DNA of 64,000 nt from Spirochaetota bacterium (GCA_025457915.1 JALOTL010000014.1:5156-69155); one strand, 5' to 3'; counted from the stretch's first letter, positions 19,672 through 29,701 are shown. Translations and numbers: made by a program. The notes: generated by a model not told the origin, from the letters alone.

Positions 19672-20695
19672 ATTTATCCACCTTCTTTAATAATTCATCA
19701 AGAGTAATATCAGGTATGGATTCACAGAGGGACTCATTCAGCCCCCATGTTTTTTTGTTATTATCATATTCGTTGTTTAACGCCTCCTTGGATAATTCAA
19801 AAATGCTTTTCCCATCCTTAGGACGTATCGGTTTTTCAAAAGCATTTACAAGCTGTATTGGATGACCTTCATCACGAACAACGCATTTTACATATCCTGG
19901 AAGCGTATTCCCATTCATCGAATTTCTTCGCGCAGAAGGCATTGCCATGAGAGTGGATTTTATAAAAGTTTTTACTACTTCTTTGCGTTCATTCAATGCA
20001 ACGGCTTCAAGATGGGATTCATCTGCAAGCATATCAAGGTTAAGGGCTGAAAATCTGTAATAGGTGGCTGAATTATATTCCAGTGTGCCCATCATACCAG
20101 CACCTACTTCTTCATTCTTTTGTCTGTCATCAACAGCAGTAAAAAAATCAATCTCGTTATCGGCTTTATGAGTTGAAATAGCATGAGAAAACATTGCTGC
20201 TCCTTCTATTTTAAGATCTGGAGCATCAGCCACCATTCTACCGAATAAACATAAATCCGCAGCATCCTTCAGTAAATCTTTTGATCCACCAGCTTTAATC
20301 GCCTTTTTCACATCTTTAGTAGCTGCATACTCCTTGGCCATTGACTCCAATTCCCTTTGTGTAGTAAAAAACATGGTCTTCACGCGGGTTTCTGTATCGA
20401 CTTTGTTCATCGCACCAGCAATGACTTTTGCACCCTCAATCGAATCATTCTTGTTTAGGCCTGCCTTTTGTAGTTGTTCAGTTAATGGTTCAATTATTAG
20501 TTTAGTTCTCTCCCCCCTAAACCCCTGAGGATATAATTCCTTGGCCATATCTCTTATCGCTCTCTTCCAGCACTGGCTGGACACTCGTGCCCGTTGTACA
20601 CCACCAAAAATCGCGGTCTTGGGCGAATTAAGATCATCGCGATTTAAACAGGAAACCGGTACTGATTGCAGAATATGTAATTCAAGATGTTTCAT
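19661..20695 (-). CDS. cas7: Cas7e (CasC), Cascade backbone subunit
   Basis: MKHLELHILQSVPVSCLNRDDLNSPKTAIFGGVQRARVSSQCWKRAIR... matches the conserved Cas7e N-terminus (…HILQ..P.SNLNRDD.G.PKTA..GGV.RARVSS..WKRA.R). Confidence 0.9.
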   Translation of the reverse strand: MKHLELHILQSVPVSCLNRDDLNSPKTAIFGGVQRARVSSQCWKRAIRDMAKELYPQGFRGERTKLIIEPLTEQLQKAGLNKNDSIEGAKVIAGAMNKVDTETRVKTMFFTTQRELESMAKEYAATKDVKKAIKAGGSKDLLKDAADLCLFGRMVADAPDLKIEGAAMFSHAISTHKADNEIDFFTAVDDRQKNEEVGAGMMGTLEYNSATYYRFSALNLDMLADESHLEAVALNERKEVVKTFIKSTLMAMPSARRNSMNGNTLPGYVKCVVRDEGHPIQLVNAFEKPIRPKDGKSIFELSKEALNNEYDNNKKTWGLNESLCESIPDITLDELLKKVDKYVK

Positions 20696-20706
20696 TGTGT
20701 TACTCC

Positions 20707-21348
20707 TTATTGTAATTTTAACGGTTGTATGACCATCATGCCGAACCCGAAGCCCTTGGCGCTGCCTATACCCATCATAAATGCCTTTTTAAAGGCTTCT
20801 CGATCTATAACTTCGAGGACTCCCTGAAATCTGATGCCTACGTGAAGCCCAGGGTCACTTTTAATCTGATTTTTTATAAACCGATAATTTTGCGCAGGCT
20901 CAATAAAAAGCGGGGGATCATCCAAAACTGAAAAGCCACTCTCTTGTGCCTTTCTGTTAAACCAGTTGATCTGATCTTCCAATATTGTAAGCGCTTTTCT
21001 CATTCCATTTTTAGTACGTTTACCCTTATCATCTGTTTTGGGAATCTTTTTCGTTGGATTTGCTTTTATATCGAAACGATAAAAATTATGATCAAGAAAA
21101 TCATTTTTTAATTCCCTTACCGCCCAACAATCTTCAGGACACCATTCGGGACGCATAGGCTCTTGTAATGCCAGAATAAAAAGCCGAAAACCTCTCTCAA
21201 CCGTATCGACCCTGAACAGAAAATCCCTAGTTTTATCAGGCTCACCGGGAAATGCCTTCCATGCGGCTTTATGCCATGCATAAACGTCAAAAAGCCTGTA
21301 ACGTGCCGCGGTTTTACAGTCTATTACAGCTTTACTCAGGTATTTCAT
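20707..21348 (-). CDS. cas6e: Cas6e (CasE), crRNA endoribonuclease; located upstream of cas7e/cas5e (non-canonical order)
   Basis: From the internal Met the product reads MKYLSKAVIDCKTAARYRLFDVYAWHKAAWKAFPGEPDKTRDFLFRVD..., aligning to E. coli CasE (MYLSKVII...LYQLHQGLWHLFPNRPDAARDFLFHVE). It has a Gly-rich C-terminal loop (GSAKGFGFG). The ORF extends to 21408 but the start at 21348 is preferred. Confidence 0.88.
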   Translation of the reverse strand: MKYLSKAVIDCKTAARYRLFDVYAWHKAAWKAFPGEPDKTRDFLFRVDTVERGFRLFILALQEPMRPEWCPEDCWAVRELKNDFLDHNFYRFDIKANPTKKIPKTDDKGKRTKNGMRKALTILEDQINWFNRKAQESGFSVLDDPPLFIEPAQNYRFIKNQIKSDPGLHVGIRFQGVLEVIDREAFKKAFMMGIGSAKGFGFGMMVIQPLKLQ

Positions 21349-21835
21349 CGACCACCTCCGCCCCAGACGCCCAGAAGGAAGTCGCCCAACGGGTTTTAAC
21401 ATTATCACCCCAATAGATCAGATCACTTTCCAGTAGGACGTAATTAACCGGTAATCCTTCCGCTTTTGCTCTCAGTACAATCCTTTTCACCCGTTCGCAA
21501 ATCTCATCTCGATTTGAGGCAATAAGGTATTGCAATCGCTTGGCCATTGTGCCAGGTTTAGAGTCAACTTTTCTTAATTCATTCCTTTCATCATCGCTGC
21601 ATAATTGAAAACACAATGAACCGATATTTCCTTTTAAAGTAGGCTCTGGATGGCTTGCGAATAATCCAGCAACGGTTTGTTTTACCCGAGCCTCATGTTC
21701 ATCTCCTATTCCGCCAAAATAGCCAAGATGCGGATATGCCCGAAAACGTTTGCTTTCAACCAGTGCGCATCGAAGATCGGCCATTAAACCCCGGTCATCC
21801 TTTTTCTTAACCAAATAATCAAGTAAAGCGCTCAT
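21332..21835 (-). CDS. cse2: Cse2 (CasB), Cascade small subunit
   Basis: The 167-aa alpha-helical protein sits between cse1 and cas6e. The motif ...DRGLMADLRCAL... is typical of Cse2. Confidence 0.75.
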   Translation of the reverse strand: MSALLDYLVKKKDDRGLMADLRCALVESKRFRAYPHLGYFGGIGDEHEARVKQTVAGLFASHPEPTLKGNIGSLCFQLCSDDERNELRKVDSKPGTMAKRLQYLIASNRDEICERVKRIVLRAKAEGLPVNYVLLESDLIYWGDNVKTRWATSFWASGAEVVDEIPE

Positions 21836-23469
21836 AGGTTTTCCTCCTCTTGATTTGTTTTTACCTGAATCGAATTAGTATCTTGTTCTTTTTTATTTAA
21901 AACCCTCCAGCCAAGCACAAAGGCCCTTATCTGACGCGGGGTTTCTCTGCCGCATACAAGCTTATACGATTCACGGGCTGCAGCAAAAAGTGTTTTCTGC
22001 CAAACTTTACGTGTTGCTTCGACTTTTTCAGCTGATGTACCTATTGCTTCAATATACAACATCAACAGCGGAAGTGATTTTTCGATAGTAGTCCAGTAGT
22101 GGGTGGTGGCTTTGGAATGTATTTGTACACGCAATAAATAAGATGAGCTGCTGCTCTTCAATCTCCCCTCCCAACCACCATCAAAAGCTTTTCTATATTC
22201 TTCTATCGCCCAGCCTAACTTCTTCGATATTATTTCTGCGAACTGGACTTCATTTTCATAAGCTGCTCGTCCTGCATTACTAAACATTTTTTCATTCACA
22301 TGATATACACTATCTACCATATCAATAATTGAAGCTTGGTCTCGTGCTAAAGCGAGTATATGAAAATCAACGGATTCATTCTGATCAATATTCATCAGGC
22401 ATAGTGGGCCTCCTGCTTGTTGTGCTTTTCTTTTAACAACCATAGATGGAAGCTCTCGCCACGTTGCCGTTTCAGGATTGAATCTTAACAACGAAAAAAT
22501 TTGTTTTTTTGTGTTTCTTGACAAAATTACGGTTGCAGTAACTTCTGGCGGGAAAGGTATTTTTGAATTAAATGATCGATACATTAATCCTTCACCAATG
22601 ATCATGCAATCACATGATGGAAGAATTCTTATAAGACGACTTAGCGGCACCAATCTTCCTAGATACGTCTCTGTGGCATTATTGATGAAATCTACATCTG
22701 ACCGTTTTGATGGAAATTTTTCCCATATTGGGTTGCCCCAATAGTTTTCTCCCAGTGGTGAGTAATGCATTCGTAGTTCTTTTTTTGTTATTAGATTCTT
22801 ATTAATCGTCTTAGCGATATTTGAAGATCTGATGAAACAATGATACATACTGCCTGGTGAACAGGGACCATCCGATGGATTTGGAGGTTTTTTTTCTGGT
22901 GGAATACCGCCCCATATTACTGCTGCTGTTTTACCACCTGCAAGGAAAAAATTCTGAAATGATAAAAGTTGCACAGCAATTTCAGAAGGGCTGAACTCCC
23001 GGAGAATTTGAGATGATGCTTCATGATCGAATAAGGTCGGATTGACACCTGATGCTAGCGTATGATCTAGTTTGCTTAATGATATCTGTCCGCCCTCATC
23101 ATCATTGTCTTGGTTTTTATCCATTTGTGACTTTGTTAAATTTGCTATCTGCAAAAAAGGCTTCTTGGGATGAAACAAATCGAAGGAATCACGCCATTTA
23201 TCCAGATAGTTTCGTGCAGCTCCGGGAAGTATTTCTTTCGCATTGAGCCAATCATCGTAATCTTCTGGCCCATCAAGCGAGGCATGTGCAATGCAGAGCA
23301 ATAAACGCATGAGAGATACTCGCTCGTGCGGTCTGACTGCAAGATCAGCATAATTTTCACCATCGGCAAAAACATCCATCAAGCCGATCAATCTATATTC
23401 ACCTTTCAAATTAGTGACAGGTATCCACTTTTCATCGACAAGATTGAATCCCTTATTCTGACGATTCAT
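21832..23469 (-). CDS. cse1: Cse1 (CasA / Cas8e), Cascade large subunit
   Basis: From the internal Met the product reads MNRQNKGFNLVDEKWIPVTNLKG..., matching the Cse1 N-terminus (MNLLIDNWIPVR...). It is about 545 aa. The ORF as called extends to 23487 and overlaps cas3. Confidence 0.85.
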   Translation of the reverse strand: MNRQNKGFNLVDEKWIPVTNLKGEYRLIGLMDVFADGENYADLAVRPHERVSLMRLLLCIAHASLDGPEDYDDWLNAKEILPGAARNYLDKWRDSFDLFHPKKPFLQIANLTKSQMDKNQDNDDEGGQISLSKLDHTLASGVNPTLFDHEASSQILREFSPSEIAVQLLSFQNFFLAGGKTAAVIWGGIPPEKKPPNPSDGPCSPGSMYHCFIRSSNIAKTINKNLITKKELRMHYSPLGENYWGNPIWEKFPSKRSDVDFINNATETYLGRLVPLSRLIRILPSCDCMIIGEGLMYRSFNSKIPFPPEVTATVILSRNTKKQIFSLLRFNPETATWRELPSMVVKRKAQQAGGPLCLMNIDQNESVDFHILALARDQASIIDMVDSVYHVNEKMFSNAGRAAYENEVQFAEIISKKLGWAIEEYRKAFDGGWEGRLKSSSSSYLLRVQIHSKATTHYWTTIEKSLPLLMLYIEAIGTSAEKVEATRKVWQKTLFAAARESYKLVCGRETPRQIRAFVLGWRVLNKKEQDTNSIQVKTNQEEENL

Positions 23470-26020
23470 CAGACACCCCCTGGGCACGTATTATTTCCAA
23501 ACCTTTATCAATAGTCCATTTAAGTCTTATTCCTTTTTTCAAATTAGCGACATCGAGAAAGCCTCCATCACCAGGCACTGATAAAATCACACAGCCTGAA
23601 ACATATTTCGGAAGATAAGCTAAAGATATTTTTTTTTCGAAAACCCATGCGGGCACTTTAACAAGATTTTTTTGAATCGCTTTTCCAGTATCCTTGCTTT
23701 TCTTCCCGGTTTTTTCTTCTTTTCGGGGTATTTGAGAACCGTTTAATAGAATAATAAAATTATCTAATCGCTCTCTGGCAAGTATTATGGACACCGTCGA
23801 CTGGGTATTATAGCGAGTCATTACTTCTTCTTCATCGTCAAGTGATGGCATTTTTAAAATCGCTGTGGCAATTAGAGCTTTCTGCATGAGACCGTTCTTT
23901 TTTTCATGCAAGTCAGCTTTAAGCTCTTTCCATGATTCTGATGGTTCAACATTTTCGGAATAAGTATATTCTATAATTGAACGGATATCAAAGGGAATTA
24001 AGATGGTTTTGGTGTCACGCTTTTTCCACTCCATATAGGTTCGAAGCAAAACATAAGGATCGTATACATATGCTTTATTTCCTAATGCTTTACGAATTTC
24101 GCTCGATGTCATTTCAATGGATTGCTGAATATTAAAACTCTCCTTAAGAATCCAGAGTTCCGGCTTTTCAATTGGCCGTAAATGCCGATTGTGTCTCCAC
24201 AATCTCCCGATACGTTGGAGAAGCATATCAGTCGGTGCAAGTTCGGTTATAATCAAGTCGGCATCGATATCCACGCTCTGTTCTACAACCTGAGTAGCTA
24301 CCAGAATACATGAACCGCGCCCATTCCCATTTTTTCCAAGTTTTTCTAGCCATTTTTGCTCAATCTCCTCTCTTCTAAAAAACGGAAATCGAGAATGTAA
24401 AAGGCCGATCTCGACTGATCCTCGGTTTTCTTTATGTTTAAAAGAGTCGTATATTTCCTGTGAACGGGCAATAGTATCGCATATCCAAACTATCGAAGCT
24501 CCATTTTGCGCTTTTCCCCATGCATTAGAAATTGCTTTATTTTCATCAATAAAGCGTATGGCTATTTCTTTATTTTCTGGAGAATCAAGCGTAACGTCTG
24601 GTAGTATTTGTCCATCTGCGGTTTTTCCGCTGAGAAGAGGGTACCCGTTTGAGGAAGTCTTTTCATCATTATCAATGTCAAGCAATTCTATTCGCCGCGT
24701 TGCAGTAAGCGTGGCAGAGAGTATAATTACTGTGGCGCCAAGTTGTACGAGAGATCGACATAAATTATTTATGAGTGTTCCAGTATATATATCATAGGAA
24801 TGCACTTCATCAAGAATCACCACTTTGCCAGCCAGCGCAAACAGGCGAACAAAGAAATGCTTAACAGCTATAACACCCATGAGCGCCTGGTCTACAGTTC
24901 CTACACCAAATGGTGAAAGCAATGCGCGTTTTGGAGATGAAAACCAATCATATGCTGAGTCTCTTTCTTGGCTATCTCCATCAGGGTTGTTATTAATCTC
25001 CGGGATTTCAATTTTGTCATCTAATAACCAAGAGTTGCCGTGTATTAATTGTATAGATAGTGTTTTTTCGCAGATTCTATTGATAAAATCGACAACCCTT
25101 AGATGGATACGATTACTTGTAGTTTGGGTGGGGAGCGCAAAATAAATACCCGAAGCCTTTCCACTATTACAAAGCTGATAAGCAACGGAAAGTGCGGCTT
25201 CTGTTTTCCCTATACCCATAGGTGCTTCAATGACATAAATACCAGGCTCTTTTATAAATGCATTAACTGCAGTCTGTAGAGCATTTGCCTCGAATTCGAA
25301 GTAATCATAGAAATGCTTGCCGTTAATAATTGAAGGACGCACAAAACCAATATTATATAATGCTTCTTGGGTCCGTATTCTCGATTCTTCTGGGGGGATA
25401 TTACTCCCGGCAGGAAAAAACCGCTCATCGGACCCGATCCAATCGGACACCGTTGTCAAACCTGCAACAAACCAAAGGAGTGGATTGTCCGGTTTAACCG
25501 GGGAACTAATCAATTTGCCGTTGTTTTCAATAAAACTCTTTGCTACTTGACGACGCTTTTCTTCCCAGTAATCGTCACTCATTCCGAATCCCGGCAATAA
25601 TCCTCTCTCTCCATTATAGGTTATCCGACCGTGATGAGCGCCGATGGCCGCAGCCCAAAGCGTTGATGACATGCGGTCAAGTCCTGTATCCATTAATAAG
25701 TGCTCAATAGTATATTGGCTTACTTGAGAATGATTATATGGTGAGTTATCCCATCCATTTCGAATATCTTCCTTTTCCAAATTATACTTATGAAGCCACC
25801 CATGGCATTTCCTTTGAAATTGTGGAGAGATTTTACCTAAATCATGAAGGCCCGAGAGTATGGAAATATCAGTATTGGTAATATCAATACTGATTCTGGG
25901 ATAAAATATCGAAAAAATGCATTTTGCTACTGATGCAACATTTTGCATGTGGTGGTAAACATCTATCCCTGGGTTTTTATCTTCTGTTGTTTTTGCCCAA
26001 AATTCAATGTTATTCTGCAT
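23453..26020 (-). CDS. cas3: Cas3, HD nuclease fused to a superfamily-2 DEAH helicase
   Basis: The N-terminal HD domain has ...VYHHMQNVASV...LHDLGKISPQFQ.... The helicase has Walker A (APMGIGKTEAAL), a DEVH box (VILDEVHSYD) and motif VI (QRIGRLWR). The product is 855 aa. Confidence 0.93.
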   Translation of the reverse strand: MQNNIEFWAKTTEDKNPGIDVYHHMQNVASVAKCIFSIFYPRISIDITNTDISILSGLHDLGKISPQFQRKCHGWLHKYNLEKEDIRNGWDNSPYNHSQVSQYTIEHLLMDTGLDRMSSTLWAAAIGAHHGRITYNGERGLLPGFGMSDDYWEEKRRQVAKSFIENNGKLISSPVKPDNPLLWFVAGLTTVSDWIGSDERFFPAGSNIPPEESRIRTQEALYNIGFVRPSIINGKHFYDYFEFEANALQTAVNAFIKEPGIYVIEAPMGIGKTEAALSVAYQLCNSGKASGIYFALPTQTTSNRIHLRVVDFINRICEKTLSIQLIHGNSWLLDDKIEIPEINNNPDGDSQERDSAYDWFSSPKRALLSPFGVGTVDQALMGVIAVKHFFVRLFALAGKVVILDEVHSYDIYTGTLINNLCRSLVQLGATVIILSATLTATRRIELLDIDNDEKTSSNGYPLLSGKTADGQILPDVTLDSPENKEIAIRFIDENKAISNAWGKAQNGASIVWICDTIARSQEIYDSFKHKENRGSVEIGLLHSRFPFFRREEIEQKWLEKLGKNGNGRGSCILVATQVVEQSVDIDADLIITELAPTDMLLQRIGRLWRHNRHLRPIEKPELWILKESFNIQQSIEMTSSEIRKALGNKAYVYDPYVLLRTYMEWKKRDTKTILIPFDIRSIIEYTYSENVEPSESWKELKADLHEKKNGLMQKALIATAILKMPSLDDEEEVMTRYNTQSTVSIILARERLDNFIILLNGSQIPRKEEKTGKKSKDTGKAIQKNLVKVPAWVFEKKISLAYLPKYVSGCVILSVPGDGGFLDVANLKKGIRLKWTIDKGLEIIRAQGVSDESSE

Positions 26021-26290
26021 TATTTATAAAACCAATATCTAATATTAATAATTGCTTAATAATTATTTTCATCTCCCCGTCTTTACAACATACAATCTCC
26101 TCCCTGACAGAAAGTGACATATACATCCGTTTGGCACCCAAAAAGAGTTGAAACTTTTTAAAATATATATAATAATATTATTATATGCAAACTGTTTTTT
26201 ATAGTTTTAACTTTTCATTTTGAAGTAATTTAATTATGCGTTAAAAAACATCTTTGATCTTAGTATTAATATTTTTTAGGAGCTATTCCA
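26021..26290. promoter_or_regulatory. AT-rich divergent promoter region between cas3 and the WYL regulator gene, containing a 20-bp perfect palindrome
   Basis: The 270-bp intergenic region is very AT-rich. A perfect palindrome ATATAATAATATTATTATAT lies at 26167-26186. The RBS AGGAGCTATTCC precedes the WYL gene ATG at 26291. Confidence 0.5.
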
Positions 26291-27262
26291 ATGAAATATG
26301 GCAAACCTCTCCTCTCAAGGATACAATTTATTGATGCCCGTATCCGTGATGGTAAATATCCCAATTCACGTAAACTTGCAGAAGAGTATGAGGTTAGTGA
26401 ACGAACTATTCACCGTGATATTGATTATATGAGGGACATGCTTGGTTGCCCAATAGAATATAATAAAAATAAACGTGGCTATTATTACGCAGAGCCCTTC
26501 TTTTCACTCCCTTCCGTACAAATAACCGAAAAAGAACTATTTGCATTTTGTGTAGCAGAAAAAGCATTAGAAGAATACCGTGCTACCCCTCTATATGACA
26601 CTTTAGCTAAAGTCTATAAAAAACTTACCGAAAATTTAACAGATGAAATTACAGCCAATTTTTCATGGTTAAATCCTGATATATCATTCATTCAACAAAG
26701 CACAACAATAATCACACCTTCAATCTGGGAAACAATATCTACTGCACTTTATACTCATTCTGTTTTAGATGCCAGTCATCGTAAAGCCGGCGCCACCAAA
26801 TCAACTAAACGCTTGATAGAGCCATATCATATGGCAATCTATGAAGGAGAATGGTATTTAATAGGCTACTGTAGATTAAAAAAAGAAACATTAATATTCG
26901 CAATATCACGATTTGAAAGTGTGAAACGTTTAAACGAAACATTTGTAAAACCAGAAACATTTAACATTAATGAATATTTAGGTTCTCATTTCGGTATAAC
27001 AAGAGAAAATGAGAATTATCAGGTCAAAGTGAAATTCAACTCCACAGCTGCACCTTATATCTTGGAACGTAATTGGTCTTGCGACCAAACAATAGATAAA
27101 AATAAAGATGGAAGTATTATTTTAACTTTTAAATCAAATTCTATCAAAGAAGTAAAGCGCTGGGTCTTAAGTTGGGGTTCAACAGTTGAGGTTATTTCCC
27201 CAAATGAGTTAGTACTGGATATTTATAATGAATTAAAATTGATGATAGAAAATTACAAATAA
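26291..27262 (+). CDS. HTH-WYL-domain transcriptional regulator (DeoR-type HTH N-terminus, central WYL domain, C-terminal WCX-like extension)
   Basis: The N-terminus carries the HTH ...YPNSRKLAEEYEVSERTIHRDIDYM.... The WYL motif reads ...RLIEPYHMAIYEGEWYLIGYCRLKKETLIFAISRF.... The gene is divergent from cas3. Confidence 0.8.
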   Translation: MKYGKPLLSRIQFIDARIRDGKYPNSRKLAEEYEVSERTIHRDIDYMRDMLGCPIEYNKNKRGYYYAEPFFSLPSVQITEKELFAFCVAEKALEEYRATPLYDTLAKVYKKLTENLTDEITANFSWLNPDISFIQQSTTIITPSIWETISTALYTHSVLDASHRKAGATKSTKRLIEPYHMAIYEGEWYLIGYCRLKKETLIFAISRFESVKRLNETFVKPETFNINEYLGSHFGITRENENYQVKVKFNSTAAPYILERNWSCDQTIDKNKDGSIILTFKSNSIKEVKRWVLSWGSTVEVISPNELVLDIYNELKLMIENYK

Positions 27263-27604
27263 ATTGTTTTTTAACGAATGGCATCACCTTTTTATTATAA
27301 ATTTTTTTCGTTCCTTGATTCAAATTCCCGTCTCATAATTCATCTCTTCCTCCTTTCTTCCTCCTATGTTGCTCCTATCTAGCTCCTATGTTGCTCCAGT
27401 ATATTTTTTTTTAATTTTTAAAGAAGATCTCTACGTTTCAATAATTGGTAAAAATTTTAAAAAATTTCCTCAAAAATTTTCATAAACCCCTCCCCTGCTC
27501 GTCAATTTATTAAAAGCACATAAGGAGGTATGGCATGTAGAACAAAAAATTCGTAATCAATCTCAAAAGTTCAAAAATTATTTAAAGCCATAGGAGGTAT
27601 AATC

Positions 27605-28228
27605 ATGGCAAAAGTAGATTTAAATCCCGTCTTCGAGGGATTCAGTAAAAAAATCGGAGAACTCGTTTTTTACACGAAAGGTGGCATGGCCTTCGTAAGA
27701 AGGCTGGGGTCATTTAAAAATCCCAACAGCCCGAAACAGCTTGAAGTGAGAAACCGTTTCATGCAGGCAACCGGTCTCTGGAAAACAGTCGGCGGCATCA
27801 TGCACCGCGGCTGGTACGAATACGCAAAAAAGAAAAGGCTTTACGGTTACCCGGCCTTTATAGGTGAAAACACTAAAAGGTTTGCTAACCAACTTGCGCC
27901 GGACCTCTTCAAGGAACACGGTGAGGCCCCTCTTTCATCTTTCACCTGCGAACCTTCTGCGTCATCAGGTGAAATTATGTGTTCATTCACAAATCCATCT
28001 TCAAATGCTGAAAAACATGTTACTCTCTTCGCACATGAAAAGTTAAATGGTCAGCCTATTGTTGAGGTCAGAAGAATCGATCTTGGTCTCTCTCCTGCAT
28101 CGCCACATGCAGTGTCTGGTTTTGAACCCGGAAAAACTTATACCATTCATGCGGTTGTAACAGACAGGATGTATCCTGAAGCGGAATCATCTTCAGCGTC
28201 TCTTTCGCACGAATCATTGGTTAACTGA
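27605..28228 (+). CDS. Hypothetical 207-aa protein of unknown function at the edge of the cas island
   Basis: The ATG at 27605 has a strong RBS (AGGAGGTATAATC). No family was recognised. The gene is followed by a bidirectional hairpin terminator. Confidence 0.5.
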   Translation: MAKVDLNPVFEGFSKKIGELVFYTKGGMAFVRRLGSFKNPNSPKQLEVRNRFMQATGLWKTVGGIMHRGWYEYAKKKRLYGYPAFIGENTKRFANQLAPDLFKEHGEAPLSSFTCEPSASSGEIMCSFTNPSSNAEKHVTLFAHEKLNGQPIVEVRRIDLGLSPASPHAVSGFEPGKTYTIHAVVTDRMYPEAESSSASLSHESLVN

Positions 28229-28595
28229 GACTTTAATTTTACAACAGAGTTAAAGATGAAAGGGCCCCGTGCTAGCCGGGGCCCTTCTTATGTTTAGCGA
28301 CGGTATTCGCCTGACGGTCGCCTGAAAAAAAATATTTTATCATAAAAAACTTCACCGGCCATCCGGGCCAGGGCAGCGTGATATCCGATGTAGATGACAA
28401 TGAGCGGGAGCACACCGAAAACTTCTGACGCGCACGGATGCGACAGGCAGGAAGCCTTAGTGCTGCCGATGCCAAGCTGACGACCGGAGGGAAGGAAGTC
28501 CTGTAAGGAGACGGCAAGGAGGCAGCCCCCTGATGCCGACGCCGACAGGATGTCGAAAAGGCGTCGGCCGTTAATAATCTCTTCCTGAGGGAATT

Positions 28596-28640
28596 CCTAA
28601 AAAGCAAACAAAAAAGCCGTTCCATCGGAGCGGCTTTTTT
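28596..28640. terminator. Bidirectional Rho-independent terminator between convergent genes
   Basis: CAAAAAAGCCGTTCCATCGGAGCGGCTTTTTTT forms a GC-rich stem (AGCCGTTCC/GGAGCGGCT) flanked by an A-run and a T-run. Confidence 0.7.
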
Positions 28641-28663
28641 TATTAAATATACCGATACGCGGA

Positions 28664-29332
28664 TTATTCGATGGATTCAACCGTACCGCCGATTCTATAG
28701 TCCACGCTGTCGGCTTTAAATTTCACTTTTACCTTGTCGTTTGGTTTCAGCTTGTCTGCTTTCGATGCCAGGTTATCGGCATAGGCCAGTGTAACCTGCT
28801 TCGAGTATGGGTCGTCGCTATGGCAATCCATGATTTTTTTGCCCCCCTCCGTCCTTTTACCGGTGAAGACGACGGTTAAGGCAAAAGATTTACCAAGGGA
28901 CTCTTTACCGTCGAGAATAATGGAGCAGGCGGAAACGGCCGGATCTTTAAGAGTGCCGCTTACGGGCTTCCCGTCGAGACCGGCGACTTCGATGAGCTCG
29001 CCGCTGAGCGTGCTGTATTTGTCGTTTTTCGTTATCTTGAATTTATAGATGAATTTCTGGCCGTACGTCAGATTCAGGATTTTATTTTTCATGGTCTTGG
29101 GAACATAAACAAAAATTGTCGCGGTATTGCCGGTGCCGAATAACCGGACGTAAGGACCGGTGTCGTCGCTTTCAATGTTAACCTGCTGGAGCGTCAGGGT
29201 ATAGGTTTTCCCCATGGAATCCTTGGCGGCGATTATCGGATCAAGGCTTTCCCCTTCCGATTTTAGGTTGGATGAACAGGCTGTGACTGTGAACAATAAA
29301 CCCGCAAAAAGAAGCAATAAATACTTTCTCAT
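28664..29332 (-). CDS. Hypothetical lipoprotein
   Basis: A signal peptide with lipobox (LLFTVTAC|S) is present. The 222-aa product matches no recognised family. Confidence 0.6.
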   Translation of the reverse strand: MRKYLLLLFAGLLFTVTACSSNLKSEGESLDPIIAAKDSMGKTYTLTLQQVNIESDDTGPYVRLFGTGNTATIFVYVPKTMKNKILNLTYGQKFIYKFKITKNDKYSTLSGELIEVAGLDGKPVSGTLKDPAVSACSIILDGKESLGKSFALTVVFTGKRTEGGKKIMDCHSDDPYSKQVTLAYADNLASKADKLKPNDKVKVKFKADSVDYRIGGTVESIE

Positions 29333-29701
29333 ATAAATCTCCTTCTTTGAATATTAGTTTGTGTCTGGCTGCATGATGCATTAAACATATAAAGCGCACA
29401 ATCCGATTTTTTCAATACAAATATTTTCGGCTCTCTCCTGAATACCGGGAAAATACGATAGAAAGAAAAAAAATTCAAGCGGCTTTAACTGCGCGTGAGA
29501 CTTATCGCCGGGGATCAGGAACCGATAATGAGCGGCATCTCGCCCGGAAAGCGGTTTTATTAAATACTTTTTCACGGTTTGAATGATTTTTTCCGTTGCC
29601 GGCATCCCCCCGGCGCGGAGAGTTGTCCCCGATACGCTGTATTCATACGAAGATGAAGAAGAGAACCGGCCCGGATGCTTCTCCGTTTCCTACGTCATTT
29701 T

